A DNA stretch of 64,000 nucleotides, taken from assembly GCF_001194135.2 (NCBI RefSeq), contig NC_069003.1, positions 28,081,614 through 28,145,613 on the forward strand, given 5' to 3'. The notes under the pieces were generated by a model. That model did not search any database, had not been told where the DNA came from, and was given only the letters and a program-made list of their open reading frames with translations. Below are positions 26,010 through 36,728 of this stretch, in pieces. The translations under genes were made by a program, and so were the position numbers. This stretch comes from Octopus bimaculoides. Its lineage: Eukaryota. How positions within the stretch are numbered: the first letter of the stretch is position 1; every line of letters starts with the position of its first letter.

Positions 26010-26390
26010 TTTATTGGTTTCAGTCATTTGACTATGGCCATGCTGGAGCACCGCCTTTAGTCAAACAAATCAACCCCTGGACTTATTCTTTGTAAGCCTA
26101 GTACTTATTCTATTGGTCTGTTTTGCTGAACCACTGAGTTATAGGGATGTAAACACACCAACATCGGTTGTCAAGCGATGGTGGGGCTGACAAATAGACA
26201 TAAATACATATATGTATGAATATATACAATGGGCTTCTCTCAGTTTCCATCTACCAAATCCACTCACAAAGCTTTGGTCAGCCTGAGGCTATAGTAGAAG
26301 ACACTTGTCCAAGGTGCAGCGCAGTGGGACTGAACCCTGAACCTGTGGTTGGGAAGTAAGCTTCTTACCACAAAGCCATGTCTGCACCTC
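26010..26390 (-). mobile_element. SINE family A, near full length
   Basis: Reverse complement of the element at 43716-44068, including the head and the 3' tail. Confidence 0.8.
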
Positions 26391-26399
26391 TAGATATTA

Positions 26400-27668
26400 T
26401 CAGGCTAAGTAAAAAGTAAGCAATGTTTTGAAACATGAAATTCATCACAATATATTTCAACAATATTAAAATTTTATTCGTCAAACTAAGTACCATTCAA
26501 TCAACACATTTTTGCCAATGAGTTACAAGTTTGTTTATTCTAGTAACATAAAAAGTCTAAAGTTCTGGAGCTGATATACTTTTTGAATGCACTTTCAGCA
26601 TTGGTTTGGTTTTTGAACTCTTTCTCTTACAGGGAACCATCATGGTGCTTGAAAAAATGGTAGTTGGTAGGAGAAAGGTCTGGGGAATAAGCTGAGTGGG
26701 GAAGAACTTCATAGCCAACTTCTCTCAACTTCTGGAGTGTCATTAGTGAAACATGTAGTCAAGTATTATCATGAAGAATGATTGGCCCTCTTCTGTTGGA
26801 GTAGCAGTTTTTCATTCACTTTGTCAATTTCATGGCAATATGTTTCTACTGTAATGGTTTATCTAGGTCTGAAGAAGTTATAGGGCATGAGTCCAGCAGT
26901 ACACCACCAAACAATCACCATAACCTTCATTTTGAAGAGCTCGGGTTTAGGGAAGGTTTTTCAGTGCTTTATTTTGGTCCAATCACTGCAAAGAACGTTT
27001 TTTATAATTGTGCAGAATGTACTTTTTATTACAAGTTACGATATGGTTGAGAAATGGATCAGTCTGGTTATGGAGAAGAAGCGATGAGCAAATTTCATAT
27101 CTGTGCATTTTCTGATTTTCATTCAAATCATGTGGTACCCATTTGTCGAACTTTTTTGATTTTCTGATCGCATGCAAATGGTTGCAGGCAGTTTTCTGGC
27201 TAACTTGAAGTTCTTTTGCCATTTCTCGAGTGGTTTTACATGGATCTTTCTCAATGAGAGTCTTTAATTCACCATCTTTGATGACAGATGAACATCCAAT
27301 ACACTCACAATCTTCAAGGCTCAGGTCTCCACAGCGAAATCATTTAAATCATTTTTGAGCTGATCACTCACTGGTCATTTCCTCACCAAACGTTTCGTTG
27401 ATATCTCGGAGCAGTTTCAGCTGCTTTACATCCTTTCTTGAAGTTGAATAGCAAAACTGCTTGAATATCACACTCTGACAGTTCCATTTCAGATGATTGT
27501 AACATCGGTAAAAAAATATCAATGTTAATTTATTGATGCATTTGGATAAGTCTATGTCTGTATTATCAGACAACTGCAAAAAAATGTTTAAAAAAATTCA
27601 AAACTCTACAAAACTCCAGTACAAATTCTTCATGGTTCAAAACGTTGCTTACTTTTTACTCAACCTGA
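26400..27668 (-). mobile_element. Full-length but inactivated mariner (about 1.27 kb)
   Basis: TIRs tcaggctaagtaaaaagtaagcaatgttttg and caaaacgttgcttactttttactcaacctga, each flanked by TA. The transposase fragment contains KWVPHDL (WVPHEL motif), with frameshifts and stops. Confidence 0.9.
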
Positions 27669-27846
27669 TATTTACATATAGATATTATTTACATATAGAA
27701 TAATTTAGATATGAAAGATTTCCTTCAAATTTATTTCTTCAAAGTTAACTAATCAACATTATGCAGAAATATTTAGCAAAGTATAAGATATTTGTGATAA
27801 TTAAATTATATAATGTTATATAAGATATAAAAGATTTTTCAAATTT

Positions 27847-28050
27847 AGGCACAAGGTCATCAAATTTAAGTGGGGGTAGGAAAACTGATTACATCAACCA
27901 AAGAACTTGGTCGGTACTTTATTTTATCGAACCTAAAAGAATGAAAAGCAATCCTTCACTGGGATTTGAACTCAAACATAAAAATTCAGTAGAAATCCAC
28001 TTAGCATTTTGTCTGATATGGTAATGATTCAGCCAGCTCATCACCTTGTT
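27847..28050 (-). mobile_element. Degenerate SINE fragment
   Basis: The plus-strand gggatttgaactca reads as the reverse complement of a B box, and the body resembles the family A tail. Confidence 0.45.
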
Positions 28051-28709
28051 TTTTGCCTAAATGAAGATGAGAGCATATGAAATGCATATGTGTAACAGAA
28101 ATAATGTGTCTTCTCTTAACTATTTACTCAAAACAATTTGCAATTGCATTGTTAGTATTCAGTGGTGTTAAAGGAGCATTAGAATTATTTCAATATAAAT
28201 AGTAAAATTAATTTGAATAAATGAAATAAAGACTCACAATTTGCCCAAGTTGCTGAAATTTACTGAATTACATTTAAATAATAAAGAAAATAAATAGATA
28301 AATGATACCCAATATGTAAACTTTGTGTTTGCCAACATTAATAAGCTACAAGCATTTGTTAATTATAGATTACAATAAATCTGCATAAAAGTAATAATGT
28401 TTTTTTTTTTCTCCCTTAGTTTTATTTGACACAGCAAACTCAAGATAAATTATTGAAAATTAATTGAATATTGAATATTTGTGAAATTATCAACAGCTCT
28501 TGCTATGACCATTTTGGGGGAAAATTTCAAAGTTATAAAACAAAAAATGTTTGATCAATGAATTGCATAACATGCAGTGATTTCGTTAACATCAGGTGAA
28601 TCTTATGAAGTGAAGAAAAGAAACATTTTGCATTTCAAATTTAAAGAATATATTTTAAAAAACTCACTATCTAAAATTAAAACTTTGTGAATACATTGAG
28701 CCCTATATA

Positions 28710-30330
28710 TTCATGAGTAATGGAAGGCAGGAGGCTAAAATGGAAGCTAGAATTATAGGTGCTGGTACAGTAACACAATGACTTCAGCATTTAATCCTCA
28801 GGAGAGGTAAGGTTGATAGATAAGCCAATGTTGCTATCTTCAGTTTGGTTTAGGTGCCTATCCTGAGATGAAAATAAGTGTTGTGAAGATGGGACATTGG
28901 CCTAATCAAGAAAGTCTCATATTTAATTAAAATGTACATATTCTAAAAGCCTTAAACAGAGATAATATTCCCTGACTGATTCATGTATACCAGGTGGCTT
29001 GGACCTCTGGTAGGGTATCAAACCAATGACAATCTGGAGTGATAATCCCAATTTTTAAAGAGAGAGGCAAGAGAGAGTGTTTTAATTATAGAGGAATCTT
29101 TTTGTTGAGTCTCCCTGATAAAGTCTATGCTAGGTGTCATGAAAAGAGATTCAGGGAAATGAGTCCCAGCTGGCTGAGGAACAGCATGGCTTCCATCCTG
29201 GATGTAGTACAACTGACTAGATATCCAATCTATAGCAGTTCTTCAAAAAATCATTGCCTAGAGGTGAATGCTTGTTTTGTAAATCTTGAAAAGCATATGA
29301 CAGCAAGCCATGGAACATGATGAGGTTTTGAAATCAATAGCACATACTGGTTGTCATAAAGTCCTTATATGAAGGCCTAGACGATTGTGCTTGGGTAAAT
29401 GATGCTAAGTCAAAACCTTTCACTGTGGGTATTGGACATCATAGGGATGCATATTGCCACCTCTACTTTTCATAATTTTTATGAACTGGCTTGACATGTG
29501 CAGCCAGTGTAGAAATGGTATCACAATCAATGAGTGTTGAAACAGTTGGCTGATATTTGTAAATAACATGGTGCTACTTGGTTCATCAGAAGATGATCTC
29601 CAGTATGTACTGAATGTGTTCACTGTTGAGTGCTGCAAGGCTGGGATGAGAATAAGTAAGTGTTGTGAGGACGGGACATTGGTCTGTTCAAGAAAGTCTT
29701 CACAGAGCACTCTGAATGTTAGTGGAACATCACTGAGGCAAGTAGAGATGTTTAATTATCTCAGGGTCATATACATGAGTAATGGGAGGCAGGAGGAAGC
29801 TAGAATTATAGGTGCTGGTACAGTAACACATTAACTTCAGCATTCAATCCTCAGAAGAGGTCAATAAAAAATCCAATGTTGCTACTTCAGTTTCGTTTAG
29901 GTGTCTATCTTTACTTATGGTTATGAATGTTGGGTAATAACCAAAAGAGTATAATTGCAAAGAGAAGTGGCCAAAATGCAATTCCTCTGAAGGATCTCTG
30001 GAGTAATATTACTTAACAGGGTGCACAGTTTGGAGATCATGGAGTCATTCTAAGTCATGTTGCTACTTTTCCACATTGAGAGGTCACACCTCCAGTATGT
30101 CAGGTAAGAATTAGAATGCTGCTTGGTAAGAATCGCAAAATGGATTCTTCAAGCTTAGCCAATTGGCAGGAGACCTAGAGGTTGGATAATATCCATAGTC
30201 TCAGTTGGTCAGGTTTCAGAATCCAACTGGGAATGGAGGAAGTGCATGAGGAATTTATCTCCACCACTTTCCCAAGAATAGTGTGTGGAGAAAAATGGAT
30301 AGATGACTTAAGAAAATGAATTCTATTTGC
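28710..30330 (+). mobile_element. RTE-like non-LTR retrotransposon reverse transcriptase remnant
   Basis: IIPIFKERGKRECFNYRGIFLLSLPDKVYAR, CFVNLEK and GSSEDDLQYVL...GMRIS are RT-like segments with many stops. Ends are approximate. Confidence 0.8.
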
Positions 30331-30772
30331 TTGATATTATGTTGGTAGACTCAGTTATTGTCTTCTTTCACTATTATTAAATATTTGAACCATGAATAGT
30401 ATTAAAGTAATAGCAAAATATGAAGCATTCATGCAAGTGCAAATACCATGGTTGTTGGGTATTTATAAATGAAAAAAAAATTAACGGATGTTGACGAACC
30501 AATGGCTATTGTAATTTAACAAGTATAAATCCATATTTTCCAGAAAATTTATGTAATTGTGAACTACGGTACTTTGCTAATTAACAACATGATAATTCAC
30601 TCATTTCCTTTCACTTTATTAACAAAGGAATACTAAAGTGAGAGACAAAAGAAGACAAAGGATATATATGCATTGGATTTGGCCATTTCTAAGCCAATTT
30701 CATCCACACTATGTATTAGACAAGTGCTGCTTATAGTCATATATTGACTTGAACAATCTAACAAAAACTTAC

Positions 30773-31342
30773 CTGGTCTGCAAAACCTTTGGAAAATTTT
30801 CTGTTTTAAATACTTCAGCTCTTCAAAGTCTTGAACTGTATGCCGATACTTTTTAGTAGGCCTTGAAGCTATTCCATCAAGTTCTCTTGTGTCAACCAAA
30901 TCAATACCAATTGCATAAATTTGTATTCCATCTCTGTGAGCGGTCTTAGCTTCTATTATAGTTCTATTACTATTTACACTTGAGACACCATCTGTGAGAA
31001 TGACCGCAATATTTGGTACATCCAAACGATCTCCATATTCTCTTACAAACATTTTAGTACGCATGTCCCTTAAAGCATCAGCAGTGTTGGTGGTGCCGGA
31101 TTCAAATGGAACATTTAATATAGCATTTTCTACACGATCTTTTGTTGAATAGGTATTTAAATAGAAACGTATCGTAACTCGTTCATTAAAGGTTAATAAC
31201 CCAACTCGTACAACCGAATCAATATCAGCATCAGATATGAGATCTTTTACAAACATAAGCATCTTCTTGAAGTTTACTCGTGATACACTTGCAGAAGAAT
31301 CAATAAGGAAGACGATATCAGCATTTGCTGGCCCGCATCTGC
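30773..31342 (-). CDS. VWA7 single-exon domain (GRCGPANADIVFLIDSSAS...QRFCRP)
   Basis: Acceptor ttctatag, donor G|gtaagt, 570 nt, phase 1-1. Intact DxSxS, T and D. Confidence 0.95.
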
Positions 31343-31413
31343 CTATAGAATAATGTTGAAAACAGAACAATGTTGAACAATGATGGGCAAACTGACAAAA
31401 GTTGCCCTCTGAT

Positions 31414-31577
31414 ACATTATTTACATATGATGATTATTTGTCCTCATCTTGTTTGTTGAACCTGGATTCTCATTCTTAAGGTAGTTTTCGATGTTATTAT
31501 TATTATTATTGTTATTATTCAGGTTACTACTTGGAATCTTGGGGTTAGTAGCCCATGCTCTTAACCACTATGCCATA
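31414..31577 (-). mobile_element. SINE family C inverted arm, with the B box and hammerhead segment deleted
   Basis: Reverse complement of 31578-31830 except that tcaattccaggc and the roughly 65-nt hammerhead segment are missing. Confidence 0.85.
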
Positions 31578-31851
31578 TGCCTGTGGCATAGTGGTTAAGA
31601 GCACAGGCTACTAACCCCAAGATTCCGAGTTCAATTCCAGGCAGTGACCTGAATAATAACAATAATAATAATAATAATAACATCAAAAACTATCTTAGGA
31701 ATGAGAACCGAGGTTTGAAATTTCTCCAAGACACCTGATGAAGGCTGGAAGGTATATCAGCTGAAATGTTATGTTAACAACAAACAAGATGAGGACAAAT
31801 ATCCATCAAATGTAAATAATGTACATAATTCCTCATCTCTTAAATATAGAA
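31578..31851 (+). mobile_element. SINE family C carrying a hammerhead-like motif (copy 2)
   Basis: A box tggcatagtgg, B box gttcaattcc, an (aat)n spacer, then the hammerhead segment. ttgccctctgat flanks the inverted pair at 31402-31413 and 31852-31863. Confidence 0.85.
31730..31775 (+). ncRNA. Minimal type I hammerhead ribozyme motif, core intact and stems partly decayed
   Basis: gacac-CTGATGA-a-ggctg[gaaggtatat]cagct-GAAA-t-GTT-atgtt. Confidence 0.6.
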
Positions 31852-32046
31852 TTGCCCTCTGATGTTTGCCAAAGAGTTGAGAGAATAGATGAACTAAATT
31901 TACACAGCAATAGACAAAAACAACCAACACGTGAACACCATAAAATACAAGCACAAAAAGAAATCCCCCAATAAACTGAACAATACAAACTATTGCCTGA
32001 GTTGCCATACTGGGGCAAATTTTAAATGGAAAGCTAGATACAGAAA

Positions 32047-32231
32047 AACATCAAAGATATACAATTTACCCAATGAACATGGACAAATAGCACAGAAGGA
32101 ACCGTAAAACAGACTTCATGATGAACATCAAACAAACACAAAAGCAATATCGATTGCAAAAACCAAGTAAACAGAGAACAGGACAAAATATATCCAAAAC
32201 AAGACAGAACAAATTAAAGGAGTATCACAAA
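32047..32231. repeat. Dispersed ~185-bp repeat, matching 25142-25326
   Basis: Direct sequence comparison by eye. Confidence 0.85.
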
Positions 32232-32527
32232 ACAAGATAAAATAGAATTACATAAAAAATATTAGACATAACCATTACAATTTGAGTTACATAAATTCTA
32301 GTAGTATATTCAATTAAATTGAAGAAAGAACATAAATCATACAATTACTACCAAAAAAAAAAGAACAAAAATTGAATAAACTCTTTAAAATAAACTTAAC
32401 ATTTCAAATACCTATCAGATATGTATTATCATGAATAATATTAGCATATATTATATTGTAAGCAGTTATATGAGCTCAAAAGATCAATATGGTATTTGCA
32501 CTTTAAAATGGGCTGCATTCTTTAAGC

Positions 32528-33424
32528 CAGGGATGTCCAACCTTTTTTCCTAGTGGGCCAAATTATAAATTTAAGTATATTCGCTGCACCACAAAGATAC
32601 TAAGATATAAACTTTTTAAAAGTTCAAAATATAGTGAATAAAATTTTTTAATAAAAAATACAAATACAAAATAATGTGCTATTGTCAGTAAAAATGAAAT
32701 TATACTTACACAACATAAAATCAATGTGATTTTTGTCATTGTTTTTCTTTTATGATATTCTCAATATCTGCTTTTATGGTATATTCTTTACTCTAAGAAT
32801 GTTAGTTAAATGACAATCACTCAATCTATTTCTTTCAGCAGTTTTGACGTTTTTCATACATGAAAAGAACTGTTTACAGCAGTATGTACTACCCCACATG
32901 CACAATAGTTTTCTAGCTAAATTGGCAATTTGATTAAATTCATTGAAAGAATACAATTTCTTGTAAAAGTCAAGAAGGGCATGTTCTCTATGATAAGTTC
33001 TCAAAGATTCTCTACTTTGAAGATCAATGAGTTCCAGCTAGTATTTGGCTAGTGCTTCCATATAAATGAATGAAAATGGATCACTCAACAATTTCAGTTC
33101 AGTTTCTGAAGTCAGAAAAATCTGGTTATTAAATCTTCTAACAAAGCTTCACATAATGAAATAATGGCTGTTAATTATGCATCAACAAAATGACTGGCTC
33201 TTCAACATAGAGTCACCCATTCTACATCATAAACCCCATGGCCTCCCTCAGTTTATCTCCCTCTATTGGGGTTTTCATTGGTCCGTTCAAAATAGCACAC
33301 TCCAAGAATAATTTTCTCATCATACATTATCAAAATTAATGAAAATTTAACTAGAAAATAACACATAGAATTAGAATTTGAATTGCCAGCAGCCGCAATG
33401 TGGTCCACGGGTTGGACATCCCTG
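32528..33424 (-). mobile_element. Non-autonomous hAT (Charlie/SPIN-like) element, 897 bp
   Basis: Perfect 14-bp TIRs cagggatgtccaac / gttggacatccctg and an 8-bp TSD ctttaagc / ctttaaac. The internal fragment LCMWGSTYCCKQFFSCMK...RNRLSDCHL resembles the hAT C-terminal dimerisation domain. Confidence 0.92.
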
Positions 33425-33745
33425 CTTTAAACCATTGTCAGCAATTTAATATTTAGCAAAAGAAAAGCAAACAAAAACTGATTATTTTTTTGTTTTGTTA
33501 TGAAACAAAAAGTAATTCTCAATGTTTCTACATAAGTTCATCAATTGATCAATGGTAGCCATTGCTTGAAGGTTACATAAAGCTTGCGTGAGTTACAAAT
33601 ATGAAAAGCTAACATAACGAATTACATAAGATACTGACACATTCCAAAAAATATAACTTAAAATTTGATTTAATAAAAATTGAATAAATGTTTTATAAGA
33701 ATTCTAATCTTGCCCACCCTGTTTTCTGGGGTTGTTTTGACTTAC

Positions 33746-33766
33746 CTCCATCTTTATCATCGATTT
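33746..33766 (-). CDS. 21-nt linker microexon (EIDDKDG)
   Basis: Strong acceptor tttattgtttttag, donor GAG|gtaagt, phase 1-1. Confidence 0.7.
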
Positions 33767-36690
33767 CTAAAAACAATAAAAATAAAATACAGTTAGAATA
33801 AAATTCATATGTCTTTATGTATATTAAAAAATTAAATGTTTAAAGATATAAATTGAATGTGCAGGTGCTGGATGTATCTAATTAAGTGGTTTACTGGTGA
33901 AGAAAGAAATAATTCAAATTAATGATTGAATGTATAAAAATAACAGACATACCTGTTAAGGATTTCTTTTATTACTAGAGAGAAGAAAACTTCATTAACT
34001 TTTTACAAGGAATTTTCTGAAAATGTCTTACATTTTGCATTCTTAAAAGTCACCAAATTTGCTGTGTTTCACCATCATGAATAGAAGGCAATTAATGAAG
34101 ATAAAATTAAGAAAGAGAATCAGATGCTGGTTATTTTCACATTCAGATGCTTTGCTTTCTGATTCTCTTTAAAACCTCTGTTGTATAATAATTCACTTCC
34201 TTTTGTAAAATATGTTTATTTGTATAGATAATATCTTTAATTGAAAATTATGAATAAATATTTTTAATTATAAATTAAATAAATACTCTGTTGACCACCA
34301 TTACCGAGTTAGTATACAATGAACAGTGAATTAGGATACATTTGAGGCTAAATAATTCTTCGATTACAGTTTGAAAATCATTTGATGATCTCTAATTTGC
34401 AAAGTAGCAAACTATTTGGAATATCAGATAAATTTTTGTATTTACTTCTTCCTTTGATTGATTTATTTATTTATTTTACAATTTTTATTTATTTCAGTTC
34501 CATTATGCTATTGTCAATGTAGCTATAATATCATTTCATTGAAAATAAATATAATGAAAAGAATATTTAAAATTCAAACTATAAAAATATGAGCAATGTA
34601 AGCAAAAGAAATAAATCTAAATAAAATCACATCAATAGCCCAACGTCTTACATATATATTCATTAAATAGGTAATAATTTTAGAAATTACATCAAATGAT
34701 TGTTCTGTAGTGCATGAACTACTGATAGANNNNNNNNNNNNNNNNNNNNNNNNNNNNNNNNNNNNNNNNNNNNNNNNNNNNNNNNNNNNNNNNNNNNNNN
34801 NNNNNNNNNNNNNNNNNNNNNNNNNNNNNNNNNNNNNNNNNNNNNNNNNNNNNNNNNNNNNNNNNNNNNNNNNNNNNNNNNNNNNNNNNNNNNNNNNNNN
34901 NNNNNNNNNNNNNNNNNNNNNNNNNNNNNNNNNNNNNNNNNNTATATATATATATGTATATATATATATATCTCATCATCATATATATATATATATATAT
35001 ATATGAAATGGCAAAAGTATAATGTTTGAATTGAATTTTTGAAGTGTTGTTGATAAGTGATATTCATAATTAGCAAACAGAATTTCTGATCAAAAATAAA
35101 AATGTATAGATACGTAACACAGATTCAGACAGAACAATAATGAGATATTGTTAATACTTTATTTTTATATTCTTAAAGTGACAAAAAAAAAAGTAGCTAT
35201 TATCTTAGAACTAAAAAATAGGGAAAATATTTGTGACAGTTATATTCTAGTTATATATGCTTTACTTTTCTGTACAGAAAATATCTAGTTTTCATTAAAA
35301 GTCAACTAAAGAACTGCACTTTTCATTTTTTTTTTGTTTTTGTTTTTGCCTGTTGCTTACAGAGGAGTTTGAAATCTCTTTTGAAAAATAACGAGAAGTT
35401 ACAGTCATTATTCTTGTGATTATCATATGTCAGATTTATAAAAGAGAAACTTTATAATTTACATCAGTTAGACCAAGATGGACAGTTTATACAAATGTAA
35501 CACACAAAAATTCAATGTAGATTAAAGCATTGCTGTGATGTAAATTGTGAAATACTGAAAATAAAAGAAATGTTATTAGTACTAATTCTGGATAAAGCCA
35601 TCAGTAGTATTGCATGTGCCTGTAAAATACTACTAAAATGTGAAACTGTGAATGAAATATTAGATTATGTTCATGAAATATTAGATTATGTTCATGAAAT
35701 AAAAGGTGAAGTGATATTTAGTGTTACCAAGTGATATTGCGATATTGAATCTTACCATGTGATTAATATTCAAGCTTACCAAGTGAAATCAGTAGTGCTG
35801 TTGGTGATTGTGTTTGAAACCAAAGCTGTGATGACTATAACCCAAGTGACAATATTTGAAATGTGATAAGAATCAGTTTGTACTTGAGGAAATCAAATTG
35901 AATATTAAAATAGCTATATAAATATTTCTTATAAAATACTTATTAAAAGAATTGTAAAGATTATTTCTGCAATATAAAAGAGGATAATGTTAATATATAT
36001 AATTCAGTAAATGTTTCTTACAAACTGTGATTCTCATATTATGTCCATTATATATTTCTTTGTCAACATCTTTTCATTGTTATTTCTGCTTCACACTATA
36101 CTTATTTCTTCATTCTCATAATAGAAATCCAGTAACCAAGAAGGCAACCTAAAATGTCTGATGCTTGAAGTGATCTAAAGAAACAATAGGCTAAAATGAT
36201 ATGTAGTAAATTTAGTTATCACCTACTCACTAACTGTCTAATAAAAGACACATTTTACATTGTGGTAAAATAAAGTTATATGAATTATGTAAGAAATTTA
36301 TAAATTCATTATTATTACAGTTAGCCGAATACTAATATTTCCACTAGTGGTTGTCAGTCACTGATATAATTACGTTAAAAATTTTCTTAATTTTTTGGAA
36401 CTACACTTAGGTTCAAAAATAGTTTAGAAAATTGTTGTTACAAACAATAAACATATCCATTCTATGGTGAAATGACTATCACTAAACACCATACAAAATT
36501 AATAAATGTCTGTGCAAGAGGTGATTGATATTATTGCTTCTAGTCTAATTAGTATATAGTGATAAAAAATAAAGATAAAAATGTGCTATATATATATAAT
36601 ATCAATTTGTGCAATCATATTTCCTAGACAAGCACATACATTAAGGAAAGACAACCCTTATTTAGTGGAACTGTTTATTATAAATATATA

Positions 36691-36728
<38 letters not shown>

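Noticed and set aside
33953-33974. 22-nt segment with good splice sites
   Set aside because: It shifts frame and produces a stop in the next microexon. It could be a poison exon, but I have no support for that.
35652-35700. 21-bp tandem duplication
   Set aside because: An ordinary slippage product with no further structure.
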